DNA from: a virus
Lineage: Duplodnaviria > Caudoviricetes
IMG/VR virus record: IMGVR_UViG_3300036790_000100
Location: 1 to 51,218 of that record
Reading direction: 5' to 3' (one strand)
Length of the DNA stretch: 51,218 nt
Shown here piece after piece: positions 37,006 through 44,702 of this stretch. The notes below the pieces were generated by a model, which worked only from the letters and a program-made list of their open reading frames with translations, had not been told where the DNA came from and did not search any database. Position 1 is the first letter of the stretch. Every line of letters starts with the position of its first letter. Both the position numbers and the translations under genes were made by a program.

Positions 37006-37381
37006 GGTTCTGGCGCTCCTTCGTCCTGGCGTGCAGCGCGTACTGCGCGTTCTTAAGGTTCACCAGCGCCTCGCCGTTATAGGTGCTGGCGAACTTGCCA
37101 GCCTGGAAGGCCTCGAGCCGATCAATCAGGATCGCAAGCAGCGCCTCGTGCGTGATCCCGTTGACTCCCACCTCGCCGATCGGTCCGTTCTGGAACAGGA
37201 TGGTGGAATGCTGCGCGGGTTGACCATGGCGCTTTGTCCACGGATCGCTCGGATTGCTTTGACTGTTGAAGCCGGTGACCTCGTACAGGTGATTTGCGCC
37301 ACCCGAACCTGGTTCATCCAGCACCGTGACGTGGAGCTGCTCATTGGCGAAGTTCACTACGTGGGAAAAAATCTCTCGCAT
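36983..37381 (-). CDS. tad1: Tad1-like anti-defence sponge (Thoeris anti-defence 1 family)
   Basis: ANHLY, FQNGPIGEVGVNGIT.E.L..ILIDRL..FQ...F and terminal RT.ER..RGVEGTH match the Tad1 signature as I recall it. Confidence 0.8.
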   Translation of the reverse strand: MREIFSHVVNFANEQLHVTVLDEPGSGGANHLYEVTGFNSQSNPSDPWTKRHGQPAQHSTILFQNGPIGEVGVNGITHEALLAILIDRLEAFQAGKFASTYNGEALVNLKNAQYALHARTKERQNRGVEGTH

Positions 37382-37392
37382 TGTGGGATCTC

Positions 37393-38004
37393 CTACTTGG
37401 TTGCTCGGTCAAGCCCGTCGTCGCGGGCCACGTTGATCCTGGCCATGGCTGCATCGCCGCCACCACGATCGGGATGATGCTCGGTCGCGAGCTTGCGGTA
37501 GGCCTCCTGGATCTCCCCGCGGCTGGCGTCCTGCTTGACGCCTAGCACCTGCCACCACTGCTCGACGCTCGGCAGCGCCGTAAAGCCGGTGAAGGCGCGG
37601 TCCAGGATCTCGGCGCCGCCGTGCCGCTCGATCGCACGCAGGGCCTCCAGCGTCGCGGCGATCGCCGCCAGGTTGTCGGCCACCGAGTGATAGGCGTCGA
37701 TCGCCATCGAGCGCCGCTGGCCTTTCTTCGTGAGCCAGTAGACGGCGACGCCCGGATCCATCACCGACTCATCCTTCGGCAGACCGTCCATCCGCAGCTT
37801 CAGGTTGGTACTGATCACGATGTCATGGCGCTCGACACCGAGCTTGCCGAGCTCCTCGAGGACGCGCATCGCGCTATCGCCAGGGTTCAGACGTTTGAAC
37901 CCGCTGGACGTCTTTTTGCCGAAGGAGCCTGACTTGCGGCCGTAGCTCATGCGCTTCCAGCCGGCGGGCCACGCCAGGGGAAATGCGTTGATCTGGTCGG
38001 CCAT
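37393..38004 (-). CDS. DnaJ (J-domain) protein
   Basis: WWQVLGV...IQEAYRKLA..HHPDRGG....ARIN.A; N-terminal AFPL.WP.GW domain. Confidence 0.9.
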   Translation of the reverse strand: MADQINAFPLAWPAGWKRMSYGRKSGSFGKKTSSGFKRLNPGDSAMRVLEELGKLGVERHDIVISTNLKLRMDGLPKDESVMDPGVAVYWLTKKGQRRSMAIDAYHSVADNLAAIAATLEALRAIERHGGAEILDRAFTGFTALPSVEQWWQVLGVKQDASRGEIQEAYRKLATEHHPDRGGGDAAMARINVARDDGLDRATK

Positions 38005-38351
38005 CAGATCTTCACCGTGCGCATGCGGCTCATCGAATCCTTGGCGGCCTGCACGAAGGCGTCGCGCTGCGCTTCGTTGTTGAAGTACACGACCACGGCC
38101 AGCTTGCCGGCGAGCTCCGGAGCTGCGGCGATCGCCTCGGCATCAGGACGGCTCAGGGCCTCACGGGCGCGCTCGCGTACCTCGTTTCCAAAAGTAGCCG
38201 CAGCCCAAGGTTGCCCCGATTTGGTCGGCAGGAATGGTTCCCGCGGCGGCGCGTTGTTCCGGGTTGCCATGATCAGCTGCGCGAACAGGATATCGAGCGC
38301 CTCTTGGTACTTATCGCAGGCCTCGAGCAGCTGCTTGGCCAGCTCCTTCAT
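38004..38351 (-). CDS. Hypothetical protein
   Basis: Coupled ORF. Confidence 0.6.
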   Translation of the reverse strand: MKELAKQLLEACDKYQEALDILFAQLIMATRNNAPPREPFLPTKSGQPWAAATFGNEVRERAREALSRPDAEAIAAAPELAGKLAVVVYFNNEAQRDAFVQAAKDSMSRMRTVKI

Positions 38352-38632
38352 GACTGCGCCGCGTCCGAGATCTCCTCACGGGCGATCTCGCGCACCAGGT
38401 CCTCAAGGGTCGGCGGCTCCGGCAGCTCGATATGCTGCTGCTTGTGTTGCTGCGGCGGCAGCAGGTGCGCGGCCTCGACACATTTGCGGCACCACTGTTG
38501 CTCGTGTTTCTGCGAGCTGCCGTGGTGGTGATTGCGATAATTCTGGATGGTGACCCCCACCTTCCAAAATTGGTCGCTGTCCATTTCGACCTCGCCGCAC
38601 TTGTCGCACACGTAAGTGATCGTGACCGTCAT
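38348..38632 (-). CDS. Zinc-ribbon protein
   Basis: CDKC ... CRKC; AGGAG RBS. Confidence 0.65.
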   Translation of the reverse strand: MTVTITYVCDKCGEVEMDSDQFWKVGVTIQNYRNHHHGSSQKHEQQWCRKCVEAAHLLPPQQHKQQHIELPEPPTLEDLVREIAREEISDAAQS

Positions 38633-38644
38633 CGACTCGACTCC

Positions 38645-39103
38645 TTAGCTGGCATGGCGTAGCTTCCCCCTGGCCTCATCCTTCTGCCGATCGGCGGCCG
38701 CCAGCTGTCCGCTCTGGCAGATCTCCACGGCCCGCTTGCACATCGGCACATCGAACATCCCGATATGGCATTGATCAACTGGGATCCCCAAGAGCTGAGC
38801 CAGCTGCTTATAGCGGCCTCCACGCGCCATCCATACTTTGTACTTGGGGTCATCGAGCACGCGAAGCTCATAGCGCCGGCGCCAGATCGGATCAAAGACG
38901 TGGTGAACGGCTCGTTTCCACTTGCGCAGCTCCGCATTCGCCAGGCGGCCGAGCGGACGATTCGTACCGGGATGACAACCCACGTAAGCGTTGCACACGT
39001 TGCAGCACCACACGGGACCATAGTCGCGACCCTGGTAGATCTGCGCGCTCGAGGGTAGGTACACCGCGGTGGCAGTGCAGTAGGGGCATATCGGCGCCGT
39101 CAC
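38645..39103 (-). CDS. DUF3268-type zinc-finger protein
   Basis: CPYC..IY.G.DYG..W.C..C.AYVGCH.GT..PLGRLANAELR...H..FDP.W...CHIGMFD. Confidence 0.85.
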   Translation of the reverse strand: MTAPICPYCTATAVYLPSSAQIYQGRDYGPVWCCNVCNAYVGCHPGTNRPLGRLANAELRKWKRAVHHVFDPIWRRRYELRVLDDPKYKVWMARGGRYKQLAQLLGIPVDQCHIGMFDVPMCKRAVEICQSGQLAAADRQKDEARGKLRHAS

Positions 39104-39126
39104 AGGGCCGGCCGCAGCCTGCCCCC

Positions 39127-39351
39127 TCACCACGGATTCCTCCGGTCCCACACGATCATCGCGCCGATGCCGGTGAACGCTGCGATCACCACCGCGAAGA
39201 TCCCGCCGGCGAGGATCGACCAGACCACCGCGAGCCACACGAACACGAAGAACGCGAACACCAGGCCGAGCAGCATGGTGAGCAACGTCGGCCACCAGCG
39301 GTGATACCAGGAGGTCACGTGCATCGGCCGCATCATGCGTGTCTGGTGCAT
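39127..39351 (-). CDS. Small two-TM membrane protein
   Basis: Two hydrophobic stretches. Confidence 0.55.
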   Translation of the reverse strand: MHQTRMMRPMHVTSWYHRWWPTLLTMLLGLVFAFFVFVWLAVVWSILAGGIFAVVIAAFTGIGAMIVWDRRNPW

Positions 39352-39355
39352 CAGG

Positions 39356-39646
39356 TCAGCCACCGGAACCGACCCCGCCGCGGTTGGCGAACGTGTCCAG
39401 CACTTTGATTGAGAGCGCCACGTACCCTGGCTGCAGGCCGGGTAGCCGATAGACGGCCGCGACGTGGGCGAACAGCGGCGGCTTGCCCTGAACATACTCA
39501 CCTCGCAGCGTGTCCCATGCCTGGAACTCGATCTGGTCGCCGGACTGGAAGCACCGATCGGTGTCGTCGCGGACCTGGAAGGTCATGCGGCCCGACTGCA
39601 CCTCGTCGTACCAATGGTTCCAGATCTTCAGTTTGATCGTTCGCAT
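39356..39646 (-). CDS. ASCH/PUA-like DUF3850 protein
   Basis: LKIW..WYD.V.SG.MTF.VR..DR.FQ.GD...L.PGYVALSI. Confidence 0.85.
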   Translation of the reverse strand: MRTIKLKIWNHWYDEVQSGRMTFQVRDDTDRCFQSGDQIEFQAWDTLRGEYVQGKPPLFAHVAAVYRLPGLQPGYVALSIKVLDTFANRGGVGSGG

Positions 39647-39649
39647 CGC

Positions 39650-40042
39650 TCATTCCCCCTTCCCGTAGTACTGGTCATACTCGGTGCGCGCCTTGGGCAT
39701 CAACTGCGAGAGCAGCTCGTCCCATTTGTGGGCGCCAGGATGCCGCTGGGCGTTGCTGGCGAGGCAGCGCTGCATCGCTTCCCAATCTCCGCTGTGCGTG
39801 AAGTACTCCTGCAGGACCTGGACCGCGACCATGTTGGCATCGGGCTCACGGCGCACGATCTTGCCGACTTCTTCCCAGCACCCGCGCAGCATGTTGAGGC
39901 CGGTGTCGGGCCGGTCCATGTGCTCCTTGATGATCTGGATCTGCACCCACGCGATCGCCATGGTCTCCAGGAGAGACTGCGGCATGCGGACAAAGACGAT
40001 GCGCACCTGGCGCCCCGCATGCTCCTCCCCGTCGGTGGCCAT
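39650..40042 (-). CDS. Hypothetical protein
   Basis: ATG at 40042 overlaps the ParB stop. Confidence 0.5.
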   Translation of the reverse strand: MATDGEEHAGRQVRIVFVRMPQSLLETMAIAWVQIQIIKEHMDRPDTGLNMLRGCWEEVGKIVRREPDANMVAVQVLQEYFTHSGDWEAMQRCLASNAQRHPGAHKWDELLSQLMPKARTEYDQYYGKGE

Positions 40043-41652
40043 CACTTCTTCTTCCTCGCCTTGACGATCACGGATCCCTTGCCCGCGGGCACTGGTTTCA
40101 CGGGCGCCTTGCGGTCGGCGATCACCTGTGCGCGGATCTTCTTCACGTCGATCTTCAGTGAGGCGGCGATCTTCGTGCCGTCCAGGCCCATGCCATTGAA
40201 GTCCGAGTAGGTCGAATCCAGCCAATCGCCCAGGAGCAACTCGAACAGCAGCTGCGTGAGTTTCGCATCGGGCAGCTTCAGCACCTGCTTGAGATCCAGG
40301 CCTGAACTGCCGGGCTTGTCCCAGATATCGCAGACCGCATCGGGGATCACCCCGTAGTCCATTTCGTGGTCGATGAGCTGCTCGAGCATCGGCCGGGTGA
40401 CCTTGGTCGGCGCCTTCGCGTGCAGCGCGAGGTAGACGCGCCGGCGGAACTCCTTCTCGATCTCCTTGGTCTCACGCTCCTTGGCGGATTCACCCGGCCG
40501 CTGCGTCGGCAGCTTGCGCTCCGGCTTGATCGTGCCCTCCTTCTGCAGCTGCTTGACCGTGCTGGCGACGTCGACCACCGCCACCACATCGCCCTTCGGG
40601 GTCTGCAGCAGCGCCGTCTTGGCGCCGCGGCCGAGCAGCTGCTTGAACGTGCGCCGCTTCGGATCTGCCTGGCAGGTATCCTCGAGCTTCGCGTAGCCGC
40701 CGCTGATGTAGCTGGCACCATGCGGGGCGATGCGCTTCGCTTCCGCGCCGGTGATGACCTTGCGGCCCTCCTCACGCGCGGCCTCGAGCTGCATCTTTCC
40801 CCAATTGACCTTCTTCTGGTTGAAGCACACCGGGTCCGTGCAGATGTCCGCACTGCCGATGTCCTCGAACAACTCCGGCTGGTTGCCGGTGCGCTTCGGG
40901 CACGTGCCGCACGGGCCGGCGCTCACCAGGATGGTCGGATCGCCAGTCGGGAACGGCGCCTCCTTCAGCCGCAGCAGGTACTTGTTGCTGAGCAGCTGCT
41001 GCGCCTCACGGTAGGACATGACCCCGCCGCCGCGATACTCCGGCTGCTTGGCGGTCACCTCCTTCAGCATTTCATCGCGCAGCGCCGCCACCGGAATGCG
41101 CGCGATCAGCAGCGCCACGCTCGAGGAGAGCGTGCCATCGTAGAAGGCCTTGCGCGCGGCCGCGGACAGCGTGAGCAGCTGCATGCGCGTGTAGATCGTG
41201 CGCCGCGACTTGCCGACCATGACCGCGATCTCATCGGCCGACTTGCCCATCTTGAGCAGGTCCTCGTACCCTTCCGCCTCGGCGAGCTCCGTCAGGTCCT
41301 CACGCTGCAGGTTCTCGATCAGCTGCAGCTGTAGAGCCTCCTCGTCCGACAGGTCGCGCACCATGGCGGGAATCGTCATCCGCAGCGCCTCCTCGGCCGC
41401 GATCACGCGCCGCTCGCCGGCGACCACCTCATAGCGCTCGAGCGTGTCGGTCTCCCCTCGAGGAGCCAGCGGGCGCACCAGGATCGGCTGGATCACACCC
41501 TTCGCCCGCACGCTCTCGAGCAGCTCGGCGGCGTCGGCCTCCTTGAAGTGCGCGCGCCGTTCCTTCTGGCAGCGGGTCTCCGACAGCACCAGGGCGTTCA
41601 GATCGATGTGCCGGAATTCGCTGTCGTTCTCGATGTTGCTGTCCAGGCTCAT
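40042..41652 (-). CDS. parB: ParB/RepB/Spo0J family protein with Cys cluster
   Basis: ELLESVRAKGVIQPILVRP..YEVVAGERR..IPAMVR..ENLQREDL..EAEGY, HTH, CGTCPKRT..CTDP.CF. Confidence 0.9.
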   Translation of the reverse strand: MSLDSNIENDSEFRHIDLNALVLSETRCQKERRAHFKEADAAELLESVRAKGVIQPILVRPLAPRGETDTLERYEVVAGERRVIAAEEALRMTIPAMVRDLSDEEALQLQLIENLQREDLTELAEAEGYEDLLKMGKSADEIAVMVGKSRRTIYTRMQLLTLSAAARKAFYDGTLSSSVALLIARIPVAALRDEMLKEVTAKQPEYRGGGVMSYREAQQLLSNKYLLRLKEAPFPTGDPTILVSAGPCGTCPKRTGNQPELFEDIGSADICTDPVCFNQKKVNWGKMQLEAAREEGRKVITGAEAKRIAPHGASYISGGYAKLEDTCQADPKRRTFKQLLGRGAKTALLQTPKGDVVAVVDVASTVKQLQKEGTIKPERKLPTQRPGESAKERETKEIEKEFRRRVYLALHAKAPTKVTRPMLEQLIDHEMDYGVIPDAVCDIWDKPGSSGLDLKQVLKLPDAKLTQLLFELLLGDWLDSTYSDFNGMGLDGTKIAASLKIDVKKIRAQVIADRKAPVKPVPAGKGSVIVKARKKK

Positions 41653-42251
41653 GACTGCAGGCTCCGGCAAACCCACTCTGGCACCTCGATATCCAGGCGC
41701 CGATTCGGCCGGCGCACTTCGCGGTGCAGGACGATATGTCGCAGGAGGGACATTTCCATCCACACATCGTTGAGGCAGTAGTTGATGACGCGGCCGCGCT
41801 GCCCGCGCTGCCACCAGATCGGCGCCATCGCGCCGTCGCCAGTCTTGTTGATGCGCAGCGTCTCTCCGCACACCGCATCAAGTCCCCATCCGCCATGCGT
41901 CGCCGGCTGAAACCGATCCGGGTCCAGGCCCTGCGCCACCCAGATCTGCTCGAGCATGTCGTAATGCAGCTCGTCATTCAGCTGCAGGCCGTGCTCCTCG
42001 AGGAGCGGCTTGTCGAAGCGGCGCGTGTTGAAGCCGGCGGTCGCCCGGTTGGTGAGGTAGCCCTGCAGCTCCTGCAGGTCCTCTTTGAGCCAGGCGCCGG
42101 TGAGGCCGGTCACCAGGTCATAGGTGCACACCACGGTGATGCCCATGCCCTTGAAATCGCGCCAGCCCTCGCAGTACTGGATGTCCGGGTGGCGCACCTG
42201 CCCGCGATAGGGCGGGATTGCTTTCTCGATTTCGACGTCGACCACGATCAT
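41649..42251 (-). CDS. RNase H-like / DEDD 3'-5' exonuclease
   Basis: VVDVE, GFN...FD..LL, L..V...L...KTG.G..A...W, YCLNDV. Confidence 0.8.
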   Translation of the reverse strand: MIVVDVEIEKAIPPYRGQVRHPDIQYCEGWRDFKGMGITVVCTYDLVTGLTGAWLKEDLQELQGYLTNRATAGFNTRRFDKPLLEEHGLQLNDELHYDMLEQIWVAQGLDPDRFQPATHGGWGLDAVCGETLRINKTGDGAMAPIWWQRGQRGRVINYCLNDVWMEMSLLRHIVLHREVRRPNRRLDIEVPEWVCRSLQS

Positions 42252-43708
42252 GTCGTTTCCTCCGCTGTGGTGGTTTCTTCTGCATCGCGCGCGTGGCCGT
42301 CCTCAATGACGAAGCCGATCTTGCCGCTGGCATCGACCCGCTCGATCCACACCTGGAACTTCCGGTCCTTGGCCTTCGCCTCCAGGATCTTCATGCTGTC
42401 CGGATCCAGCAGCGAGCCGTCGCGGATCCGGATCACGCGCAGCTTCGGGCTCATGGCCATGGCGATATCGCACGAGGCGGCGAGCTGCTCGGCATCCGAG
42501 CCCTGGTTGAATGGCACGCCATTGAGCAGCACCTCCTCATCCCCGAAGCCGATGCCGGTGACCGGGATCTGCGCCGCGGCGATCGCGGTGTTCTTCTCCG
42601 CCTCCCGATCGGTGATCTTCTTCGTGAGCGCCTTGGACTCCAGCTCCAGGCGTGCGGCGTTCTGCTCGTGCACGTTGCGCTGGCGCAGCCGCTCGGCCTG
42701 CGCGTTGGCGGCGGTGGCAGCATCGATGCGCTTGGCCAAGGCCTCCGTGTCGATCGGCGCCGGGAGCACCTCGGCCTCATCCAGCTGCTTTTGCGCCTCG
42801 GCCGCCGCAGTTTCAAACTCCTGCGCATTGCGCTCGACCTGCGCCTGGTGCTGCTCCAGCTCGTGTTTCTCGCCGGCGTCCAGGCTATCGAGCTTCAGCC
42901 GCTCGTTCGCAATCTCCGCCTCGAGCTCCTGGATCCTGGCGCGCAGCTCAGCGGCGTGCGAGGCGTAGCGCTTGGCGATCTGATCAATTCCGACGGCGCT
43001 GCTCTCCCGGATCTGCGCGGCGCGGTTGCGCGATGCCACGACACCTTCCGCGATCGCCTGGCGCCGGACCTTCCGGGTCTCGATCGAGGTGTTGAAGCCG
43101 CCGGCCTCGCCGAGCTGCTCGACCAGGGCCTTCACGTCCACCAGGTCGGTGGTGGTGCCTTCGGGCACGACGATCACGGCCGCGGCGCCGCGTTGCTCCT
43201 CGGCCGCCCGGTTGATGTCCTGGCGGCGCGTGTAGTCGCCACGGTTGGCGTCGGCGATCGCCTTGAAGTCAACGCCCGGCACAAAGCGCTTCAGCTGGTC
43301 GTACTGCTCGCGCGGCTTCATGCGGGCGAACTCGAGCGGATCGAAGGTCAGCGCGCCGAAGAATGCATCGAGCATCTTCTGCGGGGACTTGTACATCGCC
43401 CCGTCCGGGCTCTCCACGGTGATCGAGGTGGTGAGCTCCCCGCCGGCCCTGATCTTGAAGGTACGAGTAACGATGAGCTCAGGCTGTCCATCGCCGAGCA
43501 CCAGGATGATGCTGCCTTCTTGGTTCCCCTTTCTGATCGGTGTGGACTGGATCGCATCCTTGCCGTCGAGCGCCCACCAGATGCTGTCGAGTACCGAGGT
43601 TTTCCCGTTGCCGTTTTTGCCCGTGATCTGGACCAGGTTGCCACGCGGCTTTATCTGGACAGCGACGATCCGCTTGATGTTCTCAGCCTGAAAATTAATT
43701 ATTTGCAC
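42248..43708 (-). CDS. SMC/Rad50-like (AAA_23) coiled-coil ATPase
   Basis: Walker A GKNGNGKTS, long coiled coil, signature-like QGSDAEQ, Walker B/D-loop IRIRDGSLLD. Confidence 0.9.
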   Translation of the reverse strand: MQIINFQAENIKRIVAVQIKPRGNLVQITGKNGNGKTSVLDSIWWALDGKDAIQSTPIRKGNQEGSIILVLGDGQPELIVTRTFKIRAGGELTTSITVESPDGAMYKSPQKMLDAFFGALTFDPLEFARMKPREQYDQLKRFVPGVDFKAIADANRGDYTRRQDINRAAEEQRGAAAVIVVPEGTTTDLVDVKALVEQLGEAGGFNTSIETRKVRRQAIAEGVVASRNRAAQIRESSAVGIDQIAKRYASHAAELRARIQELEAEIANERLKLDSLDAGEKHELEQHQAQVERNAQEFETAAAEAQKQLDEAEVLPAPIDTEALAKRIDAATAANAQAERLRQRNVHEQNAARLELESKALTKKITDREAEKNTAIAAAQIPVTGIGFGDEEVLLNGVPFNQGSDAEQLAASCDIAMAMSPKLRVIRIRDGSLLDPDSMKILEAKAKDRKFQVWIERVDASGKIGFVIEDGHARDAEETTTAEETT

Positions 43709-43712
43709 AAAA

Positions 43713-43777
43713 TCACCCTACCGTGCCTTAGCCCACCTGGCCCCGCCTTGCGCGGCCCCGGTCTGCCATGCCACGCC
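43713..43777 (-). ncRNA. GGY-NN pentamer array downstream of the RAMP-like gene (putative guide RNA, 13 units)
   Basis: + strand reads tcacc ctacc gtgcc ttagc ccacc tggcc ccgcc ttgcg cggcc ccggt ctgcc atgcc acgcc. 10 of 13 units are exact NNRCC, and the array fills the intergenic gap. Confidence 0.8.
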
Positions 43778-43781
43778 GAAA

Positions 43782-44402
43782 TTATTTGAGACGCTCGAAA
43801 CGCGTGAGGTCGAACCTGCCATAGGTCGGACGGAAGTCACCCACCCCGATGAGCCGGCCGGCGATGCCGAGCAGCTCGCGCAGGAAGATCTCGTCCACAT
43901 ACTCAGGTAAGTTCACCATCAGATCGAACTGAGCCTTCCAGCCGGCACGCATTGCAGGCCGAACGCGCGTGATCGCACTGCGCTGGATCACGACACGGCG
44001 AGCATCCTCATAGTCCCAATCCTTCACGCCCAGCGGTGCAAGTGGCGTAAGGGAAATCACACCAGCCTTCACCAGGTCCATGGCGCTCTTGCGCGGGCTG
44101 CGCGGATCCTGGCGGAACTTGGCCGCATTGACGACAGCGCCGCGTAGATACTCTCCGGGGAGGCACAGGCCACCCTTGGCATCGCGGTACACATAGCTCT
44201 CAACGTTGTCCGTCTTTTTGCTCGCAGAACCTTTGCGTGCTGCGGCCTTCTCGGCGACAGCTTCGTTATTCCAGCGATGAAACAGAAGGTCCGCGCTGCC
44301 GGTGATCTGCACCCTGGCAGTCCACGGCTCGCTCAGCTCGATCTGTTCCTTCGCACCATTGGTCGCGTCAGCAATGCTGACGACTTTCGCAGCCTCTTTC
44401 AT
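43782..44402 (-). CDS. Stand-alone RAMP/Cas7-like RNA-binding protein (Vipr-like)
   Basis: N-terminal strand V.ITG..DLLFH, LPGEYLRGAV (RAMP IPG.S.KG equivalent), RVRP thumb, C-terminal Gly-rich loop AG.LIGVGDFRP.YGRF; AAGGAAGG RBS; no other cas genes. Confidence 0.75.
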   Translation of the reverse strand: MKEAAKVVSIADATNGAKEQIELSEPWTARVQITGSADLLFHRWNNEAVAEKAAARKGSASKKTDNVESYVYRDAKGGLCLPGEYLRGAVVNAAKFRQDPRSPRKSAMDLVKAGVISLTPLAPLGVKDWDYEDARRVVIQRSAITRVRPAMRAGWKAQFDLMVNLPEYVDEIFLRELLGIAGRLIGVGDFRPTYGRFDLTRFERLK

Positions 44403-44425
44403 TGAACACCTTCCTTATAAAAACG

Positions 44426-44630
44426 GAACCTTACCCAACCCAACCCAGCACCGGCTCGCTAGGCCCGATCCGATCACACCTCACCGCACCGCGGATTGCC
44501 CCGCATGGCCATGCCACACCAAAACTTGCCCCACTCCGCCCGGCCGTAGCTCGCCTAACCATGGCGCGTCAAGCGGTGCCATACCATGCTCGACCTAACC
44601 GGACCTTTCCCCGTCCAGGCTTGACTCGCC
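44426..44630 (-). ncRNA. GGY-NN pentamer array upstream of the RAMP-like gene (41 in-phase units)
   Basis: Strict 5-nt period over 205 bp: 23 of 41 units exact NNRCC on the + strand, 17 more with one mismatch. Confidence 0.8.
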
Positions 44631-44638
44631 TAATTCAA

Positions 44639-44698
44639 GAGGCATGCAGTGCCAGGCCACACCGAACCACAGCATTGCTAGCCCGACACTGCCGTACC
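44639..44698 (-). ncRNA. Third GGY-NN pentamer block (12 units, shifted phase)
   Basis: gaggc atgca gtgcc aggcc acacc gaacc acagc attgc tagcc cgaca ctgcc gtacc; 7 exact units; separated from the long block by the AT-rich linker TAATTCAA. Confidence 0.7.
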
Positions 44699-44702
44699 AG
44701 AT

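Noticed and set aside
44426-44698. Canonical CRISPR array, or the ORFs 44302-44598 and 44402-44815 (+)
   Set aside because: No 25-45 bp repeats with spacers. The ORFs are antisense to the operon, P/R/H-rich by-products of the pentamer repeat, and lack an RBS.
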